This document shows positions 24,520 to 39,500 of a DNA stretch of 64,000 nucleotides, piece by piece (position 1 is the stretch's first letter; each line of letters begins with the position of its first letter). The position numbers and the translations under genes were made by a program. The notes under the pieces were generated by a model. The model saw only the letters and a program-made list of their open reading frames with translations, was not told the origin of the DNA and ran no database searches. The stretch comes from Eimeria praecox (Eukaryota): NCBI GenBank assembly GCA_963920595.1, contig OY986948.1, positions 4,278,001 through 4,342,000 on the forward strand. The letters run 5' to 3'.

Positions 24520-27351
24520 CAGTACCACGGTGTCGTGAATGCCAGGCTCTTCAAAGCCTCAACGGAGGGTACCTTGGGCAGAGCTCTACTTGGAGGAGGG
24601 TCTGCCTCTTAGCTGCGCGCATTGGTAGCAGCAGTTTTTCTGTGCAGAGGTGCAGCACTTTATTCTGTACCGTTTTGTTCGGCAATGGCTACCGGAACGT
24701 AGGTGGTGGCTATCTGCTGATGTTCCAGTTCGATGAGGGCAGCGGGGCAAGCCAGGTACATGTGTCAGTAGTGGCCCTTTCGTTGGGGCAATTTGAACTT
24801 GGAGCTGATTTGACGTCCACGCAGCTTCATGGGACCGCCTCCACTACGCGTTTTGTTTGTGGAGATGGAGTGCCGCGAGGAGCTGTGCACGCTTGCCTAT
24901 AGAGTTCACGAAAGTGTATTTTACATAACTAGCGCTGCTGCGCCAAGTTGTGTAGAGGCGTGTAGAAGCATATGTTTAAACCCCGCTTTATTACTTGACG
25001 TGCAGTGCAGGAACTTGAAGGTGTAGGTGGAATTCCCACCTCCCCGTGTTTCTACGGACTGGAAGAGTTCGTTTACAAACATTTCACCCGTGCGTGTGTG
25101 CTCGTCAAACAGAATAGTTTCGGCACACCACATTAACTATATTCATCTGCAGCCCAGTGTACCTCGTGGCAGCCATTTACCGTGGCTGGCAATGAGCTGC
25201 AAGAGTTTCAAAAGCCCGCTGGGGCTTGCAAACTCCTGGAAAGCTATGCAAAGGAGGACCATATTAGCGTTTGCTTGAAGTGTAATTCCTTCCGTGTAGT
25301 AGTTAGCCTCGCAATGCGCTTATCGCTCTCATGGATGGGAGGAGAATGAAGGGTAGCTCTGTTTGAGGCTTCTTTGAGTTGACACCTTGGTGGCAGCGCC
25401 TTCTCCCCATCCTACTTTGACGTAGTGCTGGGGCGATGGCGTGGTTTCTGCTGGCCTGAATGCACTGCTTGGCTGTGAGCTGTGATGGGATGCTTGATTA
25501 AGGCAGTGCTACCTCCGTGGGTCCTGGTCAGCTAGCCACTTCTTAGTAGTTTGAGTCCCACCGTAAAGGTAACTGCCACAAATCTGCTCAAATGCAACAT
25601 CCGGCAGTATATCCGACGATAATATGCCAAGCTCCTTCAATGTTGCAGCATGCTGCGTTCCTTACATTCGGGTGGTGCCGTGCTATATGACAACGGATAC
25701 CGCGGTGGTGCCTGTGAATAGCCCGAAAGGACGAATTAGGAATGACGAGTAGCTACATTACTAGGCGTTTTTAGTAGCATTTCATTTACTTACAATCCCC
25801 GAAAAGTTCAAAATGGCCAAGCTATCGGGGGGCGCTACGATGTGGGGGCGTCCGGCATACAGAAACTTTGGAGTGCCTTCATGGATGGGGAAGAAACTAT
25901 CTCTGCGGAGAAGTGGAAAAGCACAAGAAGGAACAAGGGGCACAAAGAGGTGGGGAGGTGGGAAGGAGAATTCGGAATATCCTGGACAACCCCTTTTTTT
26001 TGCTTTTGTATGTTGCCAGGCATTCAGCTAAGGGAATCTGGCAAGGAACGACGACTGTGGAAGTGTTTAACCCTTTCCGAGTGACCGCACTCAACCCAAA
26101 CTGGAAACCAAGGGAGCTCTTGTCGAAGGGCTAGGCTATTACCCCTTGTCCGAAAGTAAACTTCAAGACTGTCAGAAAGGACGGACCTAGCTTCTTCACT
26201 TGTACGAGTGAAGAAAGAAGATACTCGCGTGTCTCTGCTCAGAAGCCGCTACCTTTAGCCTTCATCCTTCATCTTCTGCTAATTTGTCCCGCGTTGTACA
26301 CTTCCCCCCATTGCTGTGTGCGTGTGCTTCCCCTTTCGCCATCCCCTTCATATCCATTTGCGGGTCGCCTCCTACCTTTTACAGCTGAGTCACTAGTGAA
26401 GCCAATGGAAAGTGCAGGGAAGACTACTGGAGCTACTGTGTTCAGTTGACAGCAAGTGATGCAGCTTCCCTCATGAATGCCATCTGTGTTATTGATCATC
26501 TCTAACTTGATGCTCTTGCCGCCACGTAGAAATGTGTCAAGGCAGGCGTCAGAGCGCTAAACGGTGGTAGTTTTCTGCTTGCTAGATTCACATTCGCTCA
26601 GAGGTGTGCTGGGCTTCACTCGCCGATGATGCTAGTTGAGGACAGACGGAGCCCACGTTTACCGGGATGTACACATCAGTTCATAATGTTACAAACGGAA
26701 ATTCGGATGGACTTTATAAAGTTCCTCTTATTAAGTACCCAGGTAGATTAGAGGTGCGCTGCCGTCCAGACAGGACACCGACACCGTGCGAGGGACGACG
26801 GCCGACGAGGATTAGAAGGAGGAGGAAGGAAAGGACTACGTGTTGCGATAAATTGCAAAAGTAGCAACAGTTGCAATTGCTTCGCCTAATACTAATATGA
26901 TAAGAGCTGTCTTCATTTGCTTAGCACTTGCCTTCTCCCCAAAAGCCACATGCCCGGGTAAGACCCTCGCCGCCGCCTGAGCACAGGAGGGGGGCCCCTG
27001 GCCACGACATGTTTGCTGTGGAGTTTTGAATCAAGACAGAAGCCACCAGGTTTTCAGTCTTTCCCTCTTCCTCCATTCGTCTTTATTTCACAAGAACAAC
27101 TCGAAACGGAGTCCTCCTACAGCGGTGGAAATATTCACTCGAGGCACAAGCCCTCGTAGTTGCAGTAATAAGAGCTGCAAGCTGGTGCAACAGCCGATGC
27201 CTCCACACCGGATGCAGCTCATGACGTAATCCTAGCAACGGATCGCGCTGACCGTTGCGTGTCTAAGCAGCCCCAGCACCAGCCTCAGCGGCAACCTCAG
27301 AGCGCAGCAGCACTATTTCCTGCAGCAAGCCAGGAGGGCTCGCTATCAGCT

Positions 27352-30300
27352 ATGCGGCTGCAACGTTTGGCATCACAGTTGTTACTGCTTTTGCTTCTCC
27401 AGGCTGTTGTGTATGCGCACCTGGCCACCTCCCTCTCGCGGAATATCCCATGTACCACCGACGAGCTTCAGCAAGGAGATGAACTCCTCCAGTGCAGCCG
27501 AAATGCAACCGCTCAATGTAGCCGCATCATGCGTGTAGATAGATCTACCAAAAATGGACGCGTTGAAAGAGAGACTAATTTGAACAACCATGACGACTCC
27601 GGAGGGCACGTCGGCAGCAGTGAGCGTGGCAGTACCAGCAAGCATAACTGCACCGTAACCGATGAGAAAGGGAACCCATCAGGGCCTCTCGAATTCAGCA
27701 CGCCATGGAATCAGCATCTTGCTAGTTGCAGGGGGGTACCAGGCCAACAGGTGCTACTACTTCAGCAGATGGGAGTTAACCGTCTTGCACCGGTCCTGCT
27801 CCGCTTTTTCGGCTTTCTGCATTCTGCGCTGCATCTGCCAGTGCTCCTTAAGAGATTGAAGAGCGTGCATCATGGGGTGAGCAATGCTGGAGAGGGCAGA
27901 GGCAGCGGTAGTGACGGTTGGTGGTCATTAGGACTTGAGTGGGATGCAGCAGGGCCATTGCTGCGTTATTTTCTGTCTTTCCTGCCTTTCTTGTTGCTGC
28001 TACTTTCTTCCCTGTTACTTTTACTCACTTCTCGCAGCAGCAGCAGCAGTGGCATAGTTGCTGCAGCTACTGAAACTGCAAAAACAGTGTCACAGGCACG
28101 GGGCAGCAATAGCGATGCTGCGTACGCTGCCTTGCTGCTGTTGCTGCCTGCTTCATGCAGCAAGGAAAGCAAACACAGCGGCAAGCGGGATGTTATGCTT
28201 CTACTGTTAATAGTAGCAACGGCTGCTGTTGCAGCTACACTTGCAGCAACGGCAGCAGACAGTCTGAAGGCGGCGGGCTGCGAGGCTCCCCTGGCTTTTG
28301 AGGCATTCTCTGGCCAACCGCAGGAGCAACAGCAGGGACCCAGGGTACAGCGCGGCCTCTCTGGCATTCTTGAAGGCCTGCAGCAGCTTCCCAAGGACTG
28401 GGATTCTACAGCGCCTGCCGCTGTTGCTGCAGCGCGGGGATACACTATAGGCTATCCTACTGCACCTGATGCACCACGTGGTGTTCCCGCTGCTTTAACT
28501 GCTTCGCCGGATCTGGAAGTTATGCTTCAGGAGGGTGCAACAGCAGCAAAACAACTGACGAAGAGTTGGCTAGGATCTCAGTATTTGCTGATGCTTCAGA
28601 CAGAACCAAAAGTGCCGCCACAGCAGCACCCGCTGCTGCAGGGCGAGACGCTTTGGAGACGATCAAAGCGCTTCCTTTCATCACTACTGCCGTCATGCCG
28701 CTTGGATAGGTGCAAGGACAACACAGACAGCACCAGCGAGAGTAGCAACGAGCTTTCCCTAGATGCAAGCAGCAAGGGCAATGGGAGCGCATATGGTGCA
28801 TCTGAACACTATTTTTTCACACCTATCCAAGTCCATGGCCGAAATGGTTTAGATGCCACTCAACTGCAAAAGGAGAAGCAGCAACTCGGAGTGCCCTCTG
28901 GCAAGCAGCAGCAGGGGCTGCTACGTTGCATAGGGGCAGAGAAGCTTGCCGTTGCAGCCGCTGCAGTGGGGGATGCACTGGATTCTGCGCTGAAACAGCA
29001 CGCGCTGCTGCAAGACTTCGTTGATGGCTCGCTGGAGCCGCATCAAGTGCTGCACCAAAAGAAGCAATTGTTGGAATTGCAGCAACATGTTGAAGAAGCG
29101 CTGCAATACGGACTTCCGGAGCTGTGGAAATTCGTGAGGCTCCTGCTGCAAGCTAGCAGCAGCGGCGTGGAAGAACTGCTGCGACAGATGCCTTTGCTGC
29201 TGCTGGCTGCAGCTATCATGGCAGCAACAGCAGCAGGAGCGTCTTTTGTGAGGCACCTTGCATCTGAACAGCCGGTGGTAAGGCCTGCTGCGCAAATGCT
29301 GAATCATAGAAGCTCAGTTTGTCTAGAGGAAGGGATTTATGCCGTTGGTTGCAGAGTTTATTATTCATTGTCTGCGGGATATAGGGATATATCTGTGGGA
29401 GGTTGTGATTCACCGTTCAGTGTTCGTGGTTGGGCTTGTCTTGTGCAGGGGAAGCTGTACGCTGCATGCAGCAGCTGGTGGAGGGCACTTGGAGCATGCT
29501 GCTGCGTTGTGGCTTCCTTACTGCTGCTGGCAGCGGCCGTTTCTGCAGATTCGACCAATTTGCTCAAGTCCTTGTTGCAAGATCCCACAGTAAGCAGCGG
29601 ACTCGGGCAGGAGGCCATGCCCCGTCAACGCTTGCTGTTATCTCCGTCAACAACCAGCCATTCACAACTTAATTTCAGAGTTGATGGGTATGGGTCTGGT
29701 ATGGGCGCGCAGATGCTGCCACGCTATTTTCCACTAGGGAACAGGGCACTTGAGGAAATGCTACTGCGCAGCATGCAAGAACACCAAGATTCCCGGGAGG
29801 GCCGACTGCAGCAAAACCGTGCTGCCTTGCTTCCAATACCTAAGACCAAGGAACTTGAACAATTGGTGGAAACTCTGACCAGCAGGAGCAGCCCTAGCAG
29901 AGCATTATGGGACAGCATTTCCATGCTTCAGCTGCACCTAGAAGGGCATGCTGCCTCTGACTGGTTGGTCGGGCCTGAGTCATGCTAGTAGTACTTCTGA
30001 GCACTTACGGGAGTTATTAGGCCCTCATCGGGGTCTCATGCTTTGGTTTCTAAGAGCTTGCTATGCGCGCTGCAGGGTGTACTACCCAGCTCCGTCGCTA
30101 CCGGGCTTTCGTATTTCCTTGTCAACCAGCAATGAAAGCAGCGTCAGTGACGCGGTGGGCTATCAGGAGCTTCTCTTTGAACTGCGGAAGCTTACAGGCG
30201 TCAATTGGGCCTTCAGGCAAGGAGATACTCTGCAGCTGAGCGCCAGTGGCTAAACATATAGGCACCTTCGCCCTAAGCTGGAATGCAGTCTAGGCTTGAT

Positions 30301-31800
30301 GGGGTGCTGCAATCCTGGGTCGTACCGTTGTTTATTGGACTTACCGAAAGGTTAGCAAACTGATCACGAGTATACAGCAACATATGAGATATTGCTGCAG
30401 TTCTGCCTTGCGCTGCAGATGGGGGCCCCTTCCCAAAGGCTGCGTCAAGCCTGAACCGTTCCAGAAACCCCGGGCAGCAGCAGCAGCTTCAGCCGCTGCT
30501 ACAGCAGCAGCAGCCGCGGCTAGAGCCGCTGCAAGGGCCATACAGAAGCAGCTTAGTCGACTGCTTCCGCCTCGACGCAATAAACAGCAGCAGACGCGGC
30601 TCCTCCAGCAGCCCGCGGCTCCCTGCTACTTTGTGTCGCAAGATATAGAAGACAAGCACCTCCTGAGCAGGTGCTGCCCCAATTTTTGTCGCTGGGTTGA
30701 AGGGAGACAGTAGCTGCGAAAGTTGACAATGCAGCCAGTTAAGCACTAAGCTGTACACGGTGGTGGCTTTAATTCTTAGTGCTGTGGCTGCAGGTTTGGA
30801 CCGTTAGTCCCGCTGAAGTCGACTGCCCGCCTTCTGTCAATCTTTTCCCTCGCACGCCGAGTTGGTGAGGTCTCTCTCTTGTGCATCGTGGCCCATCTGT
30901 TGTGCCATGTTGCTGGTATTAGCTTGAGATTATGAAAAAGAACTGCCCGTGGGACCTGTGTTGAATATGTTTGCTGCTGCAGATGCTGCTCATGCGTTCA
31001 TAGAGGAACGCAATAAAGCAGATATGCTTCTTCTGCAACAGACAGCTGCAGGCATCGAAGCCATGGAACTGTTGATGCAGCGCAGCTTGGCTGTTGCAGA
31101 GCTTCTGCGACCCCTTGCGCACCAACAACGGCAATTAGAGCAGGTTAATGTCACCCGCTGTTCTCAAGGATTGCCTGGCTGCTAACTGAGGAAGAGTTAC
31201 TTCCAGAAACCAGATGCATGGTGTACCAAATTTCCTTGGATGTGATCCTAAGAGGGCTGTTTGGCGCCATGTGTAGTTCGTCATAGGAGGACTGCATCAC
31301 ACATGTCTGTGTCCGTGTCCTGTCTGCCCAGGGAAACAATGCTCTGGAGGTTCGCAGCAGTATAGCAGCAGCTGCTGCCACAACCACCACTGGGTTCGTG
31401 CTGTGCTGCTATTCCTGCTTCGTGCTACTGCTCCTTGTTGTTGCTGCCTTCTCTCTCGCAAGGTTCTATAGACGTGTAAGCCTCTCCCTTGTAGAAATAA
31501 TTGCAGCAGGGGACGCAGAGCCTTTGTGAATTTGGCATCATTATCTTGTGCTGAGGTTTGGTGCAGCGTTATGAAACATTGTTGCTTCTAGGAGCCTTGC
31601 GGGAATGCGAAGCCAGGCGAGTACAGCAGCTGCAAGAGGACGTGAGTACATCTCTTTTGTGAATTCCCAAGCTTTTCCCCGGAGCCAGCCTAAGCGTGGG
31701 GCGTACCTCATCTTCTGTAATCCTGATGGTGCACCTGCACCCTTTATAACGAATTTGGCTGTGTTTTGCCATTATCAGTTGTGCTTCGTTGCGTTTTCGA
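27352..31800 (+). CDS. Large hypothetical signal-peptide/multi-hydrophobic-segment protein, multi-exon at 3' end (end uncertain)
   Basis: A ~2.7-kb stop-free frame (27259-29988) has ATG at 27352 followed by a signal-peptide-like LLLLLLLQAVVYA and several Leu/Ala hydrophobic runs. Plausible downstream exons at ~30075, 30418, 30793, 30923 and 31331. Confidence 0.6.
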
Positions 31801-34743
31801 GAGGCCGCAGTGAAGAGCTGTGCCATTCGAAGTGAGCCGTCAGAGATAATCTCTACTTAAAAGCTTCGAATGCTAGACGTTTTGCAAGGCGCAAGCCTTT
31901 TCCCGGGTCCACTTCTAAATATATTCTGGGAGAAAGGCAGGAAGGCTGCGTTTTCTTTTGTTGACGCTAAAACTGACCAGATGGCCAGCATGTGTATTCA
32001 TCTGTCCATATCTACGTTACGCTTCGCTGCAGCCCTAGCTGCAAGCACAACGCCTTATAGTATCGTTATGATGCGCAGTTTTAAATGCCACATTTGTGTA
32101 TGGCTTAGTCCTGGGGTCAGCAAATGCTTGGACGGAGACTACCACTGGCCTTCAAGGGAAGACGAAAAGCTACGGGGGGCCTGAACGCCGCAAAATAAAG
32201 GCTTGTAATATGCGTGACTTTTTCAGTACACAAGCAGTTGTGCTCAGTTCTCCTGTTTTTGCTGCCTACAAAGAATAGATCTACAGGCCTCCTAACAACC
32301 CTCAGTGTTCACGGGTTGCTCAAGGAGGGCCTACAGCGTCTGCGCCGCCGTGCCTGTGCAGTGCCAACCTGAAAACCTGCCTGTGGTGAAAGTCCTCGAA
32401 TATATTCCCGATAGTCCTGTGATCAACCTTAAATAACTACCAACTGCTGCAGTTGCCAATGTTTATGCATCCCTGTCCCCACGCACGTAGTTATCGGTGC
32501 AGGAAGATACTCCCGCTTCTTTGAGCACAGATACGCGAGCTGCAGCAACACCTGACCATCTCATAAGGAAGAGTCTAACTGTCATCGTCACAAATCCTGT
32601 ATTGTTTTGATCTACAGCAGCTGTGTACACACCGTCCATATTACGTTGAACCCTTACAGGGGTGTGGCATGCTTCTTCTTGGAGTGTACCTTCGTAGAGG
32701 AAGCCGCTTTGCGGTCACACACCTACTTTCGCTTAAGAACCAGGATAAGTGAGCCAATCCCTTCCCAATAATTGGCTTCCGAAGAAGATGAACTGAAGAA
32801 ATCAGCAGGCAAATAAGTGGCTGGATCTCCAGCAGCGTGGGTTTGGGACTACTGCGAAGATTTTGAGTAGTCATTAAGGAGTTATTCAACTAATCTGTTT
32901 CCTGCAGGCGTTTCCGACAAGTTTTATTTCCTGGGCAACCCTGATTTCAACTGCATGTGAAATGCCCGCCGAGCGGATGTGCTTCCTGCGTGTAATTATC
33001 TCTTGGATACACTGGCAGCGGCTGCTTTTTGAATCTCCTTGGATCTTCAGTTGCATTGTCTCGGCGCCGCCCTCCTGTGAGGGAACTGTTTCATTACGCT
33101 ATTAAGAGGATCGTTGAATCTACCCTATTGGTGTAAGCCTAGCCTGATCGAAAGACTAGAAAATGCACATGTGATGAAGCTTTCAATTAAGCGAAACATT
33201 CCTCTCTCTTGGACAGAGGCCACGTTTCTCGAGTAGAAAGAGGCCAGCTCACAGACGGGAGCCGAGGGAGAGCAGCTTTTTGCCTGCAGTGATTCGTCTT
33301 ATATCCCTTTTATTTCCCCGTATGAATTTCGTCCTATTATTGATTAGGCTCTCACTGAGTCCACCATATGCAACCATTGAAGGGCAGAGAAAGGACTAGC
33401 CCAGACACGCATATTTGCCGTGCATAACTGTGCGTATTACTCGGATTATGCTTTTGCTACTGCAGTATCCAGGGGCATCTTTAGTTCTGAACAAAGCTTC
33501 TGCGGTGCGGCGAGGGAAGCTAGTTTCTAAATGCTGAAGAAGGCGCCGTGCTGGTTTTGCCATGGTGATATCACTGCCGTTAATATCCTAGGTTATGCAC
33601 AGCTGAGACTGCGTCTGGGGGGTGAAATGGAAGCACCGCGAACTCGACAGCTCTGGTGTCGGCAAATTCCAAAATGCCCGCACCCATCCTTCCAACCTTC
33701 CCTCCCCATGGCAATGGAAGGCCTTAGTCATTTGTGACAGTAATTTGCTCGATTTATGTGCAGTGGCTAATGGATAGCGCGGAAGGCTTTTTCTGCTTTC
33801 TGGGGGCCTTGCTTCGTTTTTAATATGCGCATAGACACGATTTGCTGCCTGTTGCCAAGGCTCCCAGGTTAATGTTGAGCCGTCCTGGCCAGTCAGCGTA
33901 GCGTGAAAAATTTTGAAGGAATAAATAGCAAGGAGAGCAGGTGATTACTGCTCTTCTCTTTTCAACAAGTATCTCCCATCGGACAACAATTCCCAGACAG
34001 CACCGCGTGCCGGCTGCCTGGTTGGTGAGTGACCCCCTGGAGTGTCTTGTAAGCACGTTCACTGTAGTGAAATTTTGACTCGCAATGCCGTGTAATGAGG
34101 TTTCACCTACAAAGAATCTACAATCCATGCTACAGATCCCGCAGGGATGCCGCGTTTACAGGCAGTGGAAGCCCTTTCGCATTTGTTGCCAACCAAAGGC
34201 ACAGACCACCGCGGGAAAGTGCTATTGAAAACAGTGTAGTAGGCTTACCTATAGCCGTGCATACTAACTTGTAAATTATATTAAAACTGAAAATGTGGTT
34301 GGTGAAGACAACTGCTTGAGGGAAAAAGGTCTCAAAAGGCTGCAGCTCACGATTCGGCAAGCCTCCCGCGGACCAAGCAGCAGTCTCGTCGGCTGGACAG
34401 CTAGACGGTAGCCTTCTTACCCTCTTCAGTTATATATGTCATAAAGTTTTACACACACTATTTTGATTGTGTAAAACTGAGTATATCATTCGACTTCTCT
34501 CCTTCTTCTCTCGCATATATCTGAACGTTTGCTGTCGTTTGCTGCACATGTCTCGAGACTGCAGCTCAGCGAGAAAGGCTGACAACGTATGTTTTAAACA
34601 AAGCTGTACCCTACTAAATTGAATACCGGCCAATCATAATTTAATATAAAGCACGAACCTAGGATTTGGGCGGCATCAGGGTCCAAGACGCGCAGACGAT
34701 TGCTGGAATTTTATCAGCCCGTACATATTCTTCGTTACCATAG

Positions 34744-35691
34744 CATTCGTGGAAAGATACACCTACGCCATGGAACACCATAGAGCGGAAAAGGGTGGTG
34801 CTCGGCTGGAAAAGCTAGGGAACAACAAGTGAGGGCTCTTGTGGACCGTTTTAAGCTCTCCTTGGACCGCAAAAGCGTTAGAGATGCATCGGCGTGTGCA
34901 AACACAATGGAGGCATACGCCTACCACATGTTTTTAGAGCATACTATGCTTACTTTATGCATAGATATATGCGTGTGTGTTTTTGACGCAGTGCAACGCC
35001 TCTACCAGCTCAGCGAGGCCCATCAGTCTGCAAAAGCACGCTGCAGGCGTCAGGGCCCCAGAAAAGCTCGAATAATTTACTCATAGAGGACTCGTGCGAC
35101 TCCGTAAGCCATAGGAACCTTCCGGGGCATCCTATAAGCGTGCTGGAGCGTGAAGTCAACATGGATTTGCCCCTTTTACTTCGCCACGAACCTAGAAAGA
35201 AACGAGCAGCGCAGAATTTTGGTGGAAAGCTCAACAGCAATCAAATTCAGGAAACAGCGGCCTTGAAAAAGCATGATTGGGGCAACCGTTGTGGTGCGCT
35301 TCCGGAGCTTATAGACGGCTACTTTCCTGAGCATCACTGGGAAGATGTAGCGTTCCTCTGCCGGCAGCGTGTCATGAAGATTCCAATGGCTGCCTTGGAA
35401 GGACCTATGTGCGTTAGTTTCCATGGAAGCTATCCTGTCTCCCGGCGACCGACGAAACGAGATCAGCAGGAGCCGGGCAGTCTCAAGACCCATCCACATA
35501 GAGTCGCATGGCTAGCAGCAAAGGGCTTGACGTCTCTCTCTACTGCCACCGCTACCGGCCGCGAAGCAAACGAACGATCCTGGAGGCGAAATGAGGATGA
35601 AGACGCTGATTTTATGGCTTTTATCGACGTTCTTCTGGACGAAAAGGCGCGCAGACGTCGTAGTGTGCACCAGCGAGGCCATCTGCAGTAG
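34744..35691 (+). CDS. Possible hypothetical protein (terminal exon ~34992-35691)
   Basis: A 183-aa ORF of ordinary composition with plausible upstream GT-AG exons; no recognisable domain. Confidence 0.35.
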
Positions 35692-36519
35692 CGCCTGGGG
35701 AAGCATATTTTAACTCTGCGCTTTGTTGATGGCGCTTTGTTCGGACCCCTATTTATTTGGGGGGATGCGAGGAAAGAAGGAAGCCAAGGGCCTTTGCCCA
35801 GCTTTCCACTGCATGAATATACCACGACGGAATTGATTACTGCTTCCAACAGTGACTGTGTTCTGCTCCCAGCAGTGGCCGTCTTTCCGACGTTTGAATC
35901 CGTTTAATTTGACATTTTTTTTCTAGAGCTGTTCGCTTCCCCAAAAGGAGCACAAAATTGGCTTACCTAGACACGCGTAATTGCTTAGCTCTGCCTGTAC
36001 GGCAAGAACCACTAGCGGGTAATGTGTATCAGGAAGCAGTGGATTCAACAAAATCGTAAGGAGCTATTGTCACTGCAGCTGCCACATCCCGTTAATGCGC
36101 AGCCTTCGCAAGTCGGTGAGAAAGGTTGGAAGCCCCAGTGAAACCTGTTGATGCTCTTGCCGGTAGGGTGGCTCTGCACGAGTGGCAAGATCATCAGCAT
36201 CCAGCCGTGATGCACAGCGGGCTGCTATACAGTGCATTGCCTGTCGTTCCAACAGTCCTTCACCGTTGCTCCGAAAAGGAACCACATTCCTGATGATTCA
36301 CTGTTGCTGATAGTATTGTTGCGAGTGTTGATGCTGGCCATTCCTTCAACCCGCCATTCGTTCAATCCCTCCTACTGGGGCGTATTTACTTCAGAGAAGA
36401 GTGCTCACGCCCCCTTTGCTACTGTGAGTATGCCTCTCCCTCATTTCCTCTTTCTTATTCGCCTTACGCTTTCTTAATAGGGAATCTGGGCGCTGCCGCT
36501 TTCGATTTCCTGCGTCGCT

Positions 36520-39500
36520 TCCTTCACCTCTTGTTGGGCCGATAGGCACAAGGCCGTTTGCTGCTTGGACAAAGGGGGGTTATCAGCAGCATGCCCTGTC
36601 TGATGTGGGAGGTGCATTTCTACTTGCATCCAGGCTTTCTCCTGAGGACTAAAGAGCCATTGACTACAGTGCTAGTAAATACAGCAAAGGGGGCTTGGCT
36701 ATGCGTTCATGCGGGTTTGACCTGCACCACGATTTGCAGCAAGGGATACTGCAACTCGTGGCAGGCCTCCTCTTCTTCGCACCAACCCCAGGCCCAGGCT
36801 CTTGTGGCACTGTTCCCAAGACTACTGGAAAAGTGTGGGGAAACTCTCCTGCTTTTCTTTCGATTACTTGGCAGTTCATATTGGACTTCAGCTAAGAGTA
36901 AGGACTTTTTTCACATTCTATGCTTCGAAACTAAGGCTTGTGCTGCACCAGAACTGAGTTCGATGAGGTACATTGCACGTCCAGCTTAGCTGGACGACTG
37001 GCAGCTCATCATTATTGAGTATACCTGGCAATTCCTTCAGTTGTGCTCAATTTTGCTGTTCCTGGTTTGTTAACTGATCGGCGACCACACGTCGAGTGTG
37101 CTGCACCCGAGAGAAGACGAAGACTAAATGCACGCGATTTTCCGTTGTTTCCTGCAGTGCCTCTGCAGTGTGTTCTAATTCCTAGCTGTCGAGGATATAA
37201 GTGCTTTAGGGAACACTGCGAGGTGCTCTCTCTCATTGCTTTTGGCACATAGATCACTGAGCCGCCTCGGCATGCCTAAGATTATCCCGTGGTGAACCTT
37301 GCCGACGTAGGATTCCTGTATCGTACCTCGGCAGTGACGCTACGTTCTCCTGAGTTAAACTAGCACTCTACGCTTACCCTTCAGCCTGTATCAAAGCAAT
37401 CCTAGTAATTCCTGGCAATTCTGAATGCCAGCAACAGAAGCAGCGGAACACTCTTAAACGTGGACTCTTGCAGAGCCTTCCGATTTCAAAGCGCATCGGA
37501 AAGGCATTTCAATTGATTTCATAATGCGTCCACCAGCAGTTACAGGCTGCAAGAGCAACTACCTCGTTCTGGAGAGACTCAGCAAACACGCCTGCTTGAA
37601 CTGCCCCTGGAGTTTAGTTGCAGCGGGGGTGGACAAACTATTTATAAATCACGTCCGAAAGCTCCACGATTCTCCGAACAGAATCATTATTGGTATGGAA
37701 CCGAAGTTATCTAGCGCTTTTTGTTTTTTTGAATTCATAAAGCGGCTCGTATTCGACCATAGCGGGACCACCGCGAATCATCCGGAAGCAGACGGTCAAA
37801 CTGAATGCACCCACCATGCGATGGTAGGATATTCGAGGCTCTATACACAACAACTGTCTTTAAAGTGGGCTTCATTTACATCCCTGCGTGAGGTGCGTTT
37901 ATAGTGCAGCAGTGCACTCTTCAACCGGCTGCTCTCCAGCACCCGCGGCCGGCATGAAAGTGACATTCTCTGACCCAACATTAGAGCTGTCTGTCGAAAG
38001 CCAGCCCCGTACCACCGGTGCAGCTAGCTTACACACACAGTGTGCACTGATGCGGGAACGCATGAAGAGTGCACAAGAATAAGACGCAAGAAACTGTAAC
38101 AAACGACATTTCAACAGTGACATTCAATCTAGGCGAGTTGGTTCTAGTGGATTCGCATGTTATGCGAAGCACGGAAGATTGCAATCAGCTGAGGAAGTTA
38201 GCCACTCGCTGGGAAGAGCCTTTCTCGGTTTACTGCCGGGTTAACATGCTGGCTTATATACTGAACCTAGCCTCAACGAGATGGCACGATACAATGAATG
38301 CCGATCTCTTCAAAAGGCCCAGGAAATCATCGAAGTTCCCCAAAATCTCTGCGATCCTCGATACACGTGTCTCGACCGGAAGGGGTCAGACCAAACGTGA
38401 GTTTTGCATTAGATGGAGCGGGAATCGAAAACACGAGTGCATTTCTGAGAATAGCCTCATGAGTGTTTAATAGCCTTCCTCCATTCAGCGGAAGCATTTG
38501 CAGGTGTAGATATGTGCACTGCTGCCTATGTATGCGGTTTAATTGGCTTCTCGATGGCTGTTGCAGGTTCCTATTCACATATATGCCGGTGCATGGCTGC
38601 ACTGCTTTTCTTTCCTTGATGACAAACGCACGTTCCTCTATATACGGTTAGCCCAACGCCTTCTACACTTCTGATTTTGGGGCTGACCGACCCGGCTCCA
38701 GCTCTTTCCGGTGCTGTTTTCCGGCAGCAGCATCCTATATACTTTTATCTTTGCTTGGAAGCTAGCGGAAAAAGCAGCCTCCCATCCGTACAAACTGCAG
38801 GAAATGCCGTCATTGACCACTAGACATGCCACTGGGACTTCCCGTTGTCGTGGGCAGCAAGTAAGTACCGGCAGCAGCATAGGGGAGCGGCATCTTCCCT
38901 GGTGACGATCACGCCTTTTCCCTACTTTTTTCCTTTTCTTCTCCCATGAATGACCAGGCACATGAGGCTGTGTAAGGGAAGGAGCCGATGTAGCATGCCG
39001 TCCCTGCATGATGTTTATACTGGTGTCCTTACGTGTTCGCAGCCTGACTACGGAGGGTCAAGTAGGTGCTCAAAGACTATGTTCACTACAGTCTATAGTG
39101 CTAGACTATGCAGCAAAGACGCATTGCATGTGAGTGCATGCGGGGCTGCCTTGCATCACCAACTGGAGCAAGGTGCGCTGCACCCCATGACAGGCCAGTA
39201 CGTGTCGCCAGCTTCCCAGACCCTTGGGCCGCTGTGCCCAGGGCGCCGGGAGAGTGGCCATAATGACAGCTGCCTTTTGCCAACTCCATCTTCAAGTCCT
39301 TCAGCCTACCACAGCAGGTGCCGACCCCCGGTTAAGATCGAATACTCTCATTATAGCCAGCATGTAGTATGCTCTGCTTGATGCTGGTAGTCGCATCACT
39401 GATTGCTCGAGGGATGACTACGGAGTATCAAGTAAGGGTTTAACTACAGTCTACACTTCTACGTTTCCTGAGCATACAACAAAGAGGCATTGGCTGTGCG

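Noticed and set aside
25813..26200. Faint chromodomain-like reading (STRRNKGHKEVGRWEGEFGISW), possibly a third retroelement
   Set aside because: No integrase or RT motifs were found nearby; too weak to call.
32640..33080. Coding-looking minus-strand stretch
   Set aside because: Stops occur in all frames, and I found no consistent splice model or domain.
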